This document shows, one piece after another, positions 46,138-55,367 of a stretch of 64,000 bases of DNA (within the stretch, counting starts at the first letter, position 1; each line of letters starts with the position of its first letter). The stretch covers positions 12,468 to 76,467 of the forward strand of contig JACZJJ010000088.1 of assembly GCA_014860625.1 (NCBI GenBank). Reading direction: 5' to 3'. Origin of the DNA: Bacteroidales bacterium. GTDB lineage: Bacteria > Bacteroidota > Bacteroidia > Bacteroidales > FEN-979. The notes beneath the pieces were generated by a model. That model saw nothing but the letters and a program-made list of their open reading frames with translations, made no database searches and was not told where the DNA came from. A program made the position numbers and the translations under genes.

Positions 46138-47463
46138 ATGAAAAGAATTGGTTTACTTTCGTCACTACTGATTATCATGGTTACATTGCCATTGATTGGC
46201 TTTTCTCAAAAAGCTGAGTGGGTTGAACAGGTGATTGTTGCCAACGGAAATAAATATGAATCAACACCTCCAGCCGCCGATTATGTCACTGTACAAACCT
46301 ATAACCCTGCAACTGGCGTCACATATGTTTTCGATGAAATTAAAACACAATCAGCACAGGATGTCCTTATTGCCAATGGCAGGATCTACGTTGCTGCTCA
46401 GGACAGCCTTGTGATGTATGATGCAAACACACTGCAGCGTTTGGCGGCTATTGCCGATTCAGGTCTTAGCAGAATTTATCTTTTCAATGATAAACTTATC
46501 GTCTCAAAACAGTACCCCATCGTGCGCTTCTTCGTTGAAGTGCTGAATGCAAACGACCTCTCCCTCGTGGCACGTGTTCAGAATATTTCAGGCGATTGCA
46601 AGGGGATTGTGCATACCAAAGACTCCATTTATGTTGTCGTTAACGGCGGCTTCCTTAGTTCGGAAGGCAAACTGGCTGTGATCAACTACAACAACTGGAC
46701 CCTCGCACGTGAGATCAATTTTGGTCCCAATGCAGTGGGTATTAATGATATATATAGCTATGGCGGCCTTCTATATACCATTAACGAAACCCCGTTTGGG
46801 AGCGCTGTATTTGGCAGCATCACATCATTCAACCCCAGCAGTACTGCCTTTACTAACCACCAGATAACCTACCTTGTTGGTAACGGTGCCGGTGGTGTGA
46901 AGAACAGCGGAGTAATTGACAACTTGCTCTACCTTACAATGAATAACGGCATTGGATCATTTAATATGGATACGTACCAGGTTGAAGATCCTTCAATCTT
47001 TCCTGATCCCGGTGTTGTGAACCATATTTATTATACTTCGTTCACCACTGATTATGTGAACTCCTTTATCTATATGAACATCGGAAACCGAATCAGCTGG
47101 GGTGTTGATGTTGTCGGTACCTCCACCGGTGATTCTGTCACCTCCTTCCAGACCGGATTCAACACTGATGCCCTCGCACTTGACTACCGGGTGCCTGTTG
47201 GTATTGACAATCAATCCGCCAATGAAGCAACCGTTGCTATCTATCCCAATCCGGTTGAAAACCAGGTTCGTATAAAGTACACCGGGGATGCTGCTGTGAA
47301 CGAGATAGTAATCAGAGACCTTACTGGTCGTACGATTTACCAAAGCAATGAACATTCTTATTCTGCAAAATGGGTGGATTGTTCTTCGTATCCTGCCGGC
47401 CTCTATTTTGTAACGGTTAAAACAGACTCCAAAACGTTGTCAACCAAGTTTATCAAGAACTAG
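46138..47463 (+). CDS. T9SS-sorted surface protein, beta-propeller-like (YncE/DUF5074-like)
   Basis: 441 aa with a signal peptide. The C-terminal ~80 aa (VAIYPNPVENQVRIKY...GLYFVTVKTDSKTLSTKFIKN) is a type-A T9SS C-terminal domain. Confidence 0.75.
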   Translation: MKRIGLLSSLLIIMVTLPLIGFSQKAEWVEQVIVANGNKYESTPPAADYVTVQTYNPATGVTYVFDEIKTQSAQDVLIANGRIYVAAQDSLVMYDANTLQRLAAIADSGLSRIYLFNDKLIVSKQYPIVRFFVEVLNANDLSLVARVQNISGDCKGIVHTKDSIYVVVNGGFLSSEGKLAVINYNNWTLAREINFGPNAVGINDIYSYGGLLYTINETPFGSAVFGSITSFNPSSTAFTNHQITYLVGNGAGGVKNSGVIDNLLYLTMNNGIGSFNMDTYQVEDPSIFPDPGVVNHIYYTSFTTDYVNSFIYMNIGNRISWGVDVVGTSTGDSVTSFQTGFNTDALALDYRVPVGIDNQSANEATVAIYPNPVENQVRIKYTGDAAVNEIVIRDLTGRTIYQSNEHSYSAKWVDCSSYPAGLYFVTVKTDSKTLSTKFIKN

Positions 47464-47494
47464 CAGGGTAGTGTCGGTTTAATTGAATCGAATC

Positions 47495-48490
47495 ATGGGT
47501 AAATGTACATTTTTGTTGATGACATGCATGTTGTCAACCAGTTTTTCTTACGGACAATATCCTCCCCCTCCCGGATATCCTGGTACTACAGCAATGTACC
47601 AGGATAGTTCTGCGTTTCGTGCGTGGGCAAGTGGCTGTACCGTTGAACCTGGATATATCAATTTCGTTGATACCTCCATTTATTATATGGGGTCAAACAT
47701 TGCCGCATACGGATTTCATGAAGATGCCGTTGGTCCTCCCGATAATTTTGTCATCAGCATTGGAGACAGGGGAGTGGCTACATTAACCCTGCCTGCTCCA
47801 ATGTATGACAGTACCGGCCCTGATTTTGCAGTTTTTGAGAACGGTTTTGGGGACGAATTTCTGGAATTAGGGTACGTTGAAGTGAGCTCAAACGGGCTCG
47901 ATTTTGTCCGGTTCCCTTCGGTATCACTAACTCCTGAAACACCCCAAGTGGTTACGTTCGGAACACTGAATGCAACGCATATCCATAACCTGGCCGGGAA
48001 ATACCGTGTGTTTTATGGCACTCCGTTTGATCTTAACGATTTGAAAGACAGTGTTGCCGTTGATATTTCTGCCATCACACATATTCGGATCGTGGATGTC
48101 GGCGGGTGCATCTTATCAGGTTACCAGTCGTTCGATTCCCAGGGGCATGTTATCAACGATCCATGGCCTACTCCTTTTAACACCGGTGGGTTTGACTTAG
48201 ACGCCGTTGGAATAATTCATATCGAAACTCAGGGTGTTCCTGTTATCTCCCAGACGGTTCCCATCCGGGTATATCCAAATCCGGTTCATCATATATTGCA
48301 TATCGAGCATTCGTTTCATTCCTCCATTCAGTTTTCATTGCTGAACTCTTTCGGAAAAACCTTTTTTTCTGACCAACCGGTAGGATCCTTCATGGAATTG
48401 GACATGTCTGGTTATCCATCGGGACTTTATATTGCTCTTTTTACCCTTGGGGACGGAACGAAAATTCGCCGTACGTTAATTAAACAATAG
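47495..48490 (+). CDS. T9SS-sorted surface protein (hypothetical)
   Basis: 331 aa with a signal peptide and a T9SS CTD (RVYPNPVHHILHIEH...GLYIALFTLGDGTKIRRTLIKQ). The N-terminal domain family was not recognised. Confidence 0.7.
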   Translation: MGKCTFLLMTCMLSTSFSYGQYPPPPGYPGTTAMYQDSSAFRAWASGCTVEPGYINFVDTSIYYMGSNIAAYGFHEDAVGPPDNFVISIGDRGVATLTLPAPMYDSTGPDFAVFENGFGDEFLELGYVEVSSNGLDFVRFPSVSLTPETPQVVTFGTLNATHIHNLAGKYRVFYGTPFDLNDLKDSVAVDISAITHIRIVDVGGCILSGYQSFDSQGHVINDPWPTPFNTGGFDLDAVGIIHIETQGVPVISQTVPIRVYPNPVHHILHIEHSFHSSIQFSLLNSFGKTFFSDQPVGSFMELDMSGYPSGLYIALFTLGDGTKIRRTLIKQ

Positions 48491-48510
48491 GTAGAAGAAA
48501 GTACATCGCC

Positions 48511-50454
48511 TTGACGGGAATCGGAAACCACTTCAGAGAACCTCTTTTTCTTATTTTGCTCTTGATCGCTACATGTAACGCAGCATCAGGGCAGCATATT
48601 CAAGACACTCTCAAATTGAAAGAGGTCGAAGTGAAAGCAAGTTTTCAGATTCACAATGAGGGCTTTAAAGAGGTGAGACTCGATTCCACCATTTTACTCC
48701 CACGGCTTGATGCTAAACTGAGCACCATTCTTTCGCAGTATTCCACCGTCTTTATTAAATCATACGGAGCCAACAACCTGGCTACTCCAGCATTCCGGGG
48801 GACTACAGCTCACCATACGATTATTGAATGGAATGGGATCAATATCAACTCACCCATGCTGGGTCAGATCGACCTTTCCATGCTTCCTGTAGCACAATTT
48901 CAGGGTGTCGAGATTTTGTATGGTGCTGCAGGCCTTAGCCGGAACAGCGGAGCTTTTGGAGGGATCATCAACCTGAAAACCAGTCCCGACTGGAACAATC
49001 GACTCAACCTGATCGTTTCGCAAACCCTGGCAAGTTTCCATAACTATACGACCACGTTGTATACGGAAGTGGGAAACAAGAACTTTCAGTCGCACACCCG
49101 GGTCAATATCAATACCGGGAAAAACGATTTTCCATTTTACAATGATTACACCGGCCAAAGGGAAAAATTAACCAACGGGGCGTATACACAATATGGTTTT
49201 TCCGAGGATATTTTTGGCAAAATAAATAACAAGCACCTGATAACAGCAAGAGTTTGGTACAATTACTCGGATCGGGACAACCCTCCGCAAACGGTTAATA
49301 TCACACCCTATTATGCGGAAAACATGAAAGAAAATTCCTTCAGAAGCCTGGTTGAATACAAGTATATTCACCGGAAATTCAGCGGAACAATATCGTCAGC
49401 GCTTTTGTATAACCACCTGCATTATATGAGTAACACGGATGACACCAAGCATCAGTATTATTCATTCGTTAACCGGATAAGTGGAAATTATACAGGCTTT
49501 GATAAAGTGACCATCCGCCCTGGAATTGATCTGAAATACGACTGGGTCAACTCTGAAAAATACACAAGCCGGAAACAGAGAAACGTGTTGGGTGGTTTTA
49601 TTGAAATCAATTACGCTCCCGCCGATGCTGTTACTTTTACTCTCATGGCAAGGAACGATGTGGTTGACGGGGAACTGATGCCTTTCATTCCTGCTGTTGG
49701 TGTTGAAGTTAAACCCTTCAGGAAAATCAATCTTTCACTCTCTGCAAACCTGTCAAGAAACTATAGTTACCCTTCACTCAATGACCTCTACTGGGAACTC
49801 TGGGGCAACCCCGAACTGGTACCGGAGGTAAACTATGCTGCGGAAGGAGGGATTACATGGAACCTGTTAAACCCCTCAAAGAGTTTCTTTATTGAAACGG
49901 AACTTTCCGCCTATTATATGCTGATGCAGGATATGATTGTGTGGTCTCCAACTACGACCAGCAGCCTCATATGGAAACCTGAAAATATCAGCGAAGTTTT
50001 GTCAAGAGGAATCGAAGCAGGGATCAATTCAACTATTGTATTCTGGAAAAGCAACCTTGATATAAATGTAACGTATAATTATTGCAGATCAACATACGAG
50101 AAGGAGACGAATCCAAACGGTTCATCTGTCGGCAAACAATTGATATACACGCCTATACATACTATGAACGCTTCATTGAGATTTGAAAAAAGAGGATATT
50201 ATTTTTCCTATCTCTTTCATTTTATAGGCAGGCGATACCTCAGTAAAGAAAATGTGGAATATATGCCAGGGTATAATCTGTCTAATATCTTTTTGGGGAA
50301 AAGTTTTCAAATGAAAGATTTTATGTTATCTTTACAACTCGAAATAAACAATCTTTTTGGTCTTGATTATCAATCAATCGCTTATAGTCCCATGCCTGGC
50401 AGAAATTTCGGCATCACATTAAGGGGCAATTTTAAAAAGAAATCAGGCCAATGA
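48511..50454 (+). CDS. TonB-dependent outer-membrane receptor
   Basis: 647 aa with a signal peptide, a plug region (LKLKEVEVKA ... FRGTTAHHTIIEWNGININSP) and a beta-barrel ending GRNFGITLRGNF. Confidence 0.85.
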   Translation: MTGIGNHFREPLFLILLLIATCNAASGQHIQDTLKLKEVEVKASFQIHNEGFKEVRLDSTILLPRLDAKLSTILSQYSTVFIKSYGANNLATPAFRGTTAHHTIIEWNGININSPMLGQIDLSMLPVAQFQGVEILYGAAGLSRNSGAFGGIINLKTSPDWNNRLNLIVSQTLASFHNYTTTLYTEVGNKNFQSHTRVNINTGKNDFPFYNDYTGQREKLTNGAYTQYGFSEDIFGKINNKHLITARVWYNYSDRDNPPQTVNITPYYAENMKENSFRSLVEYKYIHRKFSGTISSALLYNHLHYMSNTDDTKHQYYSFVNRISGNYTGFDKVTIRPGIDLKYDWVNSEKYTSRKQRNVLGGFIEINYAPADAVTFTLMARNDVVDGELMPFIPAVGVEVKPFRKINLSLSANLSRNYSYPSLNDLYWELWGNPELVPEVNYAAEGGITWNLLNPSKSFFIETELSAYYMLMQDMIVWSPTTTSSLIWKPENISEVLSRGIEAGINSTIVFWKSNLDINVTYNYCRSTYEKETNPNGSSVGKQLIYTPIHTMNASLRFEKRGYYFSYLFHFIGRRYLSKENVEYMPGYNLSNIFLGKSFQMKDFMLSLQLEINNLFGLDYQSIAYSPMPGRNFGITLRGNFKKKSGQ

Positions 50455-51611
50455 GTTATTTATTAACATCAGGTTCTGTGGGTATAAACTCAATCGTGAA
50501 CAGATTTATTTCTTCGTTTTCAGTTCTTTTATTCGGGATATTGTCTATTCTTGTCGTATCTTCCTGTTCGAAAGATCCAATTCGTCCAAATCCCGGTCCC
50601 ATTGATCCTCCCTCCGATGATTCCACCACCTTCTCCAAAGGATTTTTCATTGTGAATGAAGGCAACTTCAATTGGGGCAATGCTTCCGTAACCTATATTG
50701 ATAATTCCACTGGAACAGCACATCAGAATGTATTTCAGGAGGTCAATCACCGTCCACTGGGAGATGTGGCCCAATCGATGAAGATCATGAACAGCCGTGG
50801 ATACATTGTGATCAACGCTTCAAACCGGGTTGAAGTAGTGGATCTTAAAGATTTTAAAACGATTAAAAGCATTGAGGGGTTCAACTCCCCAAGGTATATT
50901 GAATTTGTGGATTCAACCAAAGCATACGTTACGAACCTCTACAAAGATATCTCTGTTGTTGACCTCGTTACCATGACTATCACCAAAACGATTCAAACAC
51001 CAGAATGGACGGAAGGGATGGTGAAGTACAATAACTACATGTTTGTAACCTGTATTGGTGAATTTACCGAGCCTAGTTCAAAGAGGAAAGCAAAATTGCT
51101 GATTCTTGATACGAAAGAGGATAAAATTATAGACAGCATTCCAACAGCTACTGAACCAATTGGAATTGTCATTGATAAAAAAATGAAGTTGTGGGTTCTT
51201 TGCTCCGGAGGGTGGGATGGATATGCTGCCCCGGCTCTTATCCGCGTTAACCCGGACCTCAGGCAGGTTGAGAAAGCTTTTTCTTTCTCTTCTGCCGATA
51301 TCCCAAGTCGCCTGGATATCAATCCTTCAAGGGATACGATCTACTATTTGCAAAATGGAATTTACCAGATGCCTGTGACTGCATCATCTGCGCCTTCTCA
51401 ACCCCTGGTCTCATCAGCAAACCATCTCTTTTACGGGATGGCAATACATCCTGTTGACGGAACTATTTTTGCTACCGATGCAATCGATTATGTACAGTCT
51501 GGCGATGCATTTCAATATTCTTCTTCAACAGGGGCCCAGCTGAATTCGTGGGAGACCGGCAGAATCCCAAGCTCTTTCTGCTTTGGCGAAACGCAAATCT
51601 CCAAAAAATAA
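50451..51611 (+). CDS. surface lipoprotein, beta-propeller-like (YncE/DUF5074-like)
   Basis: 386 aa with a VVSSC lipobox and repeated blade-like segments. The ATGA start/stop overlap with the TonB-dependent receptor gene suggests translational coupling. Confidence 0.65.
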   Translation: MSYLLTSGSVGINSIVNRFISSFSVLLFGILSILVVSSCSKDPIRPNPGPIDPPSDDSTTFSKGFFIVNEGNFNWGNASVTYIDNSTGTAHQNVFQEVNHRPLGDVAQSMKIMNSRGYIVINASNRVEVVDLKDFKTIKSIEGFNSPRYIEFVDSTKAYVTNLYKDISVVDLVTMTITKTIQTPEWTEGMVKYNNYMFVTCIGEFTEPSSKRKAKLLILDTKEDKIIDSIPTATEPIGIVIDKKMKLWVLCSGGWDGYAAPALIRVNPDLRQVEKAFSFSSADIPSRLDINPSRDTIYYLQNGIYQMPVTASSAPSQPLVSSANHLFYGMAIHPVDGTIFATDAIDYVQSGDAFQYSSSTGAQLNSWETGRIPSSFCFGETQISKK

Positions 51612-51624
51612 ATATTTTTTAGTT

Positions 51625-52059
51625 ATGGAAGAATTCGTTGAAACCCGGTGGATGGGACAAATGAAATTTGAAGCTGAGGTTGATGGATTCCCAATCAACA
51701 TGGATGCCAGTCCTGAGCATGGTGGAAGCAATTTCGGATCCAGGCCAAAACCTATGGTTCTATCGTCACTTGCAGGATGTACAGGCATGGATGTCGTTTC
51801 AATACTTTCCAAGAAACGTGTTACTTTTGGTGATTTCCGGATTCTGATTCATGCCGAGATGACGGAAACCCATCCAAAATACTACCACAAAATCCACCTT
51901 ATTTACCAGTTTACGGGAGAAAACTTTGAAGGCAATCAGGAGTTACATGAAAAGATTAAACGCTCTGTTGAACTTTCCAGCGATAACTATTGCGGCGTAA
52001 GTGCCATGCTGAGAAAATCCTGCGATATCTCTTGGGAGATCCAGCTTAAAAATTTATAG
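51625..52059 (+). CDS. OsmC/Ohr family peroxiredoxin-like protein
   Basis: 144 aa from ATG 51625, with SLAGCTGMDV and NYCGVSAML Cys motifs. Confidence 0.8.
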   Translation: MEEFVETRWMGQMKFEAEVDGFPINMDASPEHGGSNFGSRPKPMVLSSLAGCTGMDVVSILSKKRVTFGDFRILIHAEMTETHPKYYHKIHLIYQFTGENFEGNQELHEKIKRSVELSSDNYCGVSAMLRKSCDISWEIQLKNL

Positions 52060-52690
52060 GTACGGTCTTGATTACCTCTTTGAACTCACTGAGGATCATT
52101 GCAGTTGCACCCCATATAACATGTCCGTTCACGACAAATGAGGGAGCTTTTATGTGAATTCCCAATCCTATTTTGTGCTTCTTTACCTGAACAGCCTGGT
52201 CACTGAGAAGATCGCTGAGTTTAATCTCAATGATCTCATCAACCTCAGCCGGATCTTTCATAAAATCAGGCCTCTTCTCACAGAATCCAACAAACGGTGT
52301 CACGAGAAACCGACTTGGGGGGATATACAGGTCAGATAATTTCCCCAGAATCCGAACATTCTCTTGTGCAACCCCAACCTCTTCCCGGGATTCACGCAAA
52401 GCCGTTTCGGCAAGATTGGAATCGCCTGGTTCACGCTTGCCTCCAGGCAGACTAATTTGCCCGGCATGCACACCTCCATAATTGGGACGTTGGATAAAGA
52501 CTGTATACAAGTTACTGTTGACCGGATAAAGTAGCAAAAGAACACTGCTTGGTTTAGCATTTGCTGAAGAGATGGATCCGGTTAATTCCTGGATTCGCCT
52601 CATGGATGACATCCGTACCTGGGCCTTTAGTCCGGGAAGTGGATGTGATAGAGCAATGGTGATCGATGATATGATTTGGTTGAACGACAA
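52046..52690 (-). CDS. NUDIX hydrolase (CoA pyrophosphatase-like)
   Basis: Has the Nudix box GGKREPGDSNLAETALRESREEVG. The start is uncertain: TTG 52690 (MSFNQIISSITIALSHPLPG...) is preferred over TTG 52756, which lies 10 nt from the clpS ATG. Confidence 0.8.
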   Translation of the reverse strand: MSFNQIISSITIALSHPLPGLKAQVRMSSMRRIQELTGSISSANAKPSSVLLLLYPVNSNLYTVFIQRPNYGGVHAGQISLPGGKREPGDSNLAETALRESREEVGVAQENVRILGKLSDLYIPPSRFLVTPFVGFCEKRPDFMKDPAEVDEIIEIKLSDLLSDQAVQVKKHKIGLGIHIKAPSFVVNGHVIWGATAMILSEFKEVIKTVPINF

Positions 52691-52766
52691 TCGGATAAAT
52701 ATTTTATCAAAATTACGATTTACTCGTGAAAAAATTAGTATAATTGTGCAATCCAAGCCCAGAGCA

Positions 52767-53042
52767 ATGGTTAAAGAGAAAGTAAAACCGGTTGAACATC
52801 AGGATGATTTAGCTCAACACCTGAGTCAGCTAATTTTATTCAACGATGACGTGAACTCGTTTGACTTTGTGATTGAGACGCTTGTCGAGATTTGCAAGCA
52901 TGACCCGATGCAGGCTGAACAATGTGCGTGGATTGCTCATTATAAGGGAAAATGCGCTGTAAAGGAGGGATCTTTTCAGGAGCTTAAACCCCTTCATGAT
53001 GCAATGTCGAAAAGGGGATTGACCGTTTCCCTTGAAAAATGA
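52767..53042 (+). CDS. clpS: ATP-dependent Clp protease adaptor ClpS
   Basis: 91 aa from the internal ATG 52767, with LILFNDDVNSFDFVIETLVEICKH...A...H..G. Confidence 0.85.
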   Translation: MVKEKVKPVEHQDDLAQHLSQLILFNDDVNSFDFVIETLVEICKHDPMQAEQCAWIAHYKGKCAVKEGSFQELKPLHDAMSKRGLTVSLEK

Positions 53043-53185
53043 CCAGGTTATCAACACCTTTTCAACACCATGATTTTTCGATAATTCTAAAACGCTTATA
53101 TTCCGCACCTTATTGGGTAGTGAGTTATTAACATTTTGTTAATAACTCATGTTTATAGCATGTGAATACAAATCCTTCAAAAAAA

Positions 53186-53217
53186 TTGACATCCGGGTTC
53201 TGCATAGTGTATATTTG
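53186..53217 (+). promoter_or_regulatory. Bacteroidota-type promoter (-33 TTG at 53186, -7 TAtaTTTG at 53210-53217) driving the ncRNA candidate
   Basis: Exact TAnnTTTG with a TTG 21 nt upstream. No ORF follows. Confidence 0.5.
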
Positions 53218-53223
53218 ATATTA

Positions 53224-53579
53224 CAAGTGAGGGATAAAAGGCCCTTTGAGAAGTTGGGGATGTGAAAGCGGGATCCGCAAGGTGACAGCACTCCTGAACC
53301 AAGCCTGCGCAATTGCGAATCCGCAAGACTCGCTCGGGTAACAGGTTTCATAATCAAGGCGCTTCCGATACCGACTGACGCAAGGAAGGAGGAGCGGTGA
53401 GCGGGATGGAAGGAAGGGGAAGCCCGGAGAGCCAGCAGCCACAATAACCGTAACTTGACACGCCAGGCGGCCACGGTCGCAAGGATGTTGGATGGGAACT
53501 CTGTCGGCCAGATAGGGTTCCCATTACGGTTTTATAGGGTATATAAAAAAAGGGGTGATCTTTCAATCATCCCTTTTTT
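53224..53579 (+). ncRNA. candidate structured ncRNA of unrecognised class (~355 nt)
   Basis: GC-rich island between convergent genes: 57-58% G+C in two 60-nt lines I counted, against 33% in the upstream flank. It contains only overlapping compositionally odd ORFs. It has a promoter box upstream and a terminator at its 3' end, four CGCAAG (C-GCAA-G tetraloop) motifs, and several hand-verified helices (see findings). Confidence 0.55.
53545..53579. terminator. bidirectional intrinsic terminator (A-run / 9-bp stem / T-run)
   Basis: Stem aggggtgat/atcatccct (53551-53559 / 53566-53574, one G-U pair), 6-nt loop, flanked by A6-7 and T6. It serves the + strand RNA and the minus-strand lipoprotein gene ending at 53596. 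Confidence 0.7.
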
Positions 53580-53595
53580 GTTTAGAGAAAGTTTG

Positions 53596-54510
53596 TTATT
53601 GCTGAACCTTAACAGAAATGTCGACGGTTCCATCCTCTTCCTGGAAAATATTGTTGACTCTGATCAGTCCTTTCTTGCCGTTGACAGTAACAAAAGCAAT
53701 AAAATAGCCAGGCTTCAGATCTCCGGCCATTGGATCTGTAGCACCTTGAGTCAGGTTGATTAGCTCAGTATCATCCTGGATGGCATCCCAGTCAATGGCA
53801 TCCATAATAATTCTGAACCTGGTTGAATTTCTTACACTCCAATTCACCAATGCGTTCGGGCCGGGCGTTGAAACTGTCCCACCATCTGTGAATACGGTAG
53901 CGGCATCGGCATCATCAGGGGAGGCTATGGTTGCCAGATTCGTTGAGCCGTAATAATATAGCCAGTCAATCATGGCTGCATTAATTTTAGCATTGGCGAG
54001 GTTGTATATTTCACCATTCGACGACGCAAATGAACTGCCAATAATGTTTATCTGAGCTCCGAGAATGCGCTGATTATACGTAAAAATCGGGCCCACCATC
54101 GTTTCAGTTGTGATGTTGAAACTGCTAACCAGGGTGTTGCCGTCGCTCTGAGTGATTGTAAATATCCAGTTCTCAACACCTGCCTCATGAAGTGAGATTC
54201 CGTAGAAAATATAGTTTAATGCTGTAAGATTCAAGGTTGTATCAAAAATATCGTCCGGTTTCTCGTTGTATATACGCGTTACCTTCAGATTGGAAAGTGT
54301 GAAGCCGGTTGCTGCAGTAGCATTGAACCCAACTTTAAATTGTTCACCGGTTGTCAGGGTAACATCTCCCGAAGTATACCCCGCAGCAGCAATCAGAGAA
54401 AATGCAAATTCTTTTTGGTCAGGAGGATTCGTATCATCCTTTTTGCATCCGGAAAATATAGATGCGACAATGAGTATGCAGGCAATAGAAAAATAAGTAA
54501 GTTTTTTCAT
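53596..54510 (-). CDS. surface lipoprotein (hypothetical)
   Basis: 304 aa from ATG 54510 (MKKLTYFSIACILIVASIFSGC lipobox). Beta-rich and T/N/S-rich. No family recognised. Confidence 0.6.
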   Translation of the reverse strand: MKKLTYFSIACILIVASIFSGCKKDDTNPPDQKEFAFSLIAAAGYTSGDVTLTTGEQFKVGFNATAATGFTLSNLKVTRIYNEKPDDIFDTTLNLTALNYIFYGISLHEAGVENWIFTITQSDGNTLVSSFNITTETMVGPIFTYNQRILGAQINIIGSSFASSNGEIYNLANAKINAAMIDWLYYYGSTNLATIASPDDADAATVFTDGGTVSTPGPNALVNWSVRNSTRFRIIMDAIDWDAIQDDTELINLTQGATDPMAGDLKPGYFIAFVTVNGKKGLIRVNNIFQEEDGTVDISVKVQQ

Positions 54511-54600
54511 AGTATACGTGTTTGAATATGATTCTGTACAATTGGTGTCCAAAATTACGAATAAATACAGGCTTTATTGTTGCGACCCTGATTTTTTCTA

Positions 54601-55356
54601 CTAGAGGATGAAAGGGATCAACGCTTTCCTGTTGGCCGGATAGTCAGGAAATGTGGATTTATACCACAGGTGATGATGCAGTGCTCTTGGCAGGAGATTA
54701 ACCATTGTCCAAATCGCAAAAGCAAGTGCAGGGGTGCACCATGTCATCATGGCAAATCCAAACCACTCGATGATCTCGCTAAAATGGTTGGGACAGGAGA
54801 TGTATTTGAACAATCCTTTTTGCGGAATCACGTAGCCTGTCTGACCAGGTTTTCTCAGATGGATGAGGATGTTATCAGACTGCCAGTTGATGGCCATTCC
54901 ACCCAAAAACATGCAAATGCCGATGATGAAGCGGGGATCTGAGAGCCAGGAGATCGGGTAGGAGGCAAGAGAGCCCAGGTAATAACCATTGATAAACCCA
55001 TTGACAAAGTTGAATCCCAATGCCATAAAAACAATGGCAAGAGGCATTTTTTTTCCCTTGGTCCGTAGTCTGAATGGAAATATAATCGTTCTGTTGATAT
55101 AATGAAACATCCACAATCCGAAGAATATCCATGTAACCAGATTATGCTTAGCCGAACCAAACAGGAAAAGTCCTGCAAAAAGAAGCAGGGCAGGAGACTC
55201 CATGATAATCCATCCTAGCCGGTTGTAGATAAGTACTCCCCACTGTTTCGTTGTATGTCGACCGTAAGGTGCCGTAATTCGCAGGACGAAGGGAAAAATC
55301 ACCAATGCAATGCCAATCCATACGTATACAATGAAATAAAAAGTTGAGTTACTCAT
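54601..55356 (-). CDS. 3-oxo-5-alpha-steroid 4-dehydrogenase (steroid 5-alpha-reductase, SRD5A) family membrane protein
   Basis: 251 aa with about 6-7 TM helices. APYGRH is near the N-terminus. The C-terminal LRKPGQTGYVIPQKGLFKYIS..N.FSEIIEWFGFAMMTW..PALAFAIW...LLPRALHHHLWYKSTFPDYPANRKALIPFIL parallels human SRD5A2 (from memory). Confidence 0.85.
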   Translation of the reverse strand: MSNSTFYFIVYVWIGIALVIFPFVLRITAPYGRHTTKQWGVLIYNRLGWIIMESPALLLFAGLFLFGSAKHNLVTWIFFGLWMFHYINRTIIFPFRLRTKGKKMPLAIVFMALGFNFVNGFINGYYLGSLASYPISWLSDPRFIIGICMFLGGMAINWQSDNILIHLRKPGQTGYVIPQKGLFKYISCPNHFSEIIEWFGFAMMTWCTPALAFAIWTMVNLLPRALHHHLWYKSTFPDYPANRKALIPFIL

Positions 55357-55367
55357 GAATTATCAGT

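Noticed and set aside
53139-53566. Three overlapping minus-strand ORFs (111, 73 and 70 aa) in the clpS/lipoprotein gap.
   Set aside because: They overlap one another, are rich in P/S/R/G/W, have no promoter on that strand (the terminator of the upstream minus gene lies between), and coincide with the helices and GNRA-loop motifs of the ncRNA candidate.
53224-53579. Possibility that the structured region is RNase P RNA, tmRNA, SRP RNA or a cobalamin riboswitch.
   Set aside because: There is no GAGGAAAGUCCGG (P4) or ACAGAAC..CGGCUUA for RNase P. There is no tRNA-like 3' end (..UCCACCA) or tag ORF for tmRNA. GGAAGGAAG (53408-53416) and AGCAGCC (53434-53440) recall the SRP domain IV core, but they are 18 nt apart rather than forming it. 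There is no B12 box context and no downstream gene for a riboswitch. These judgements are from memory of consensus sequences only.
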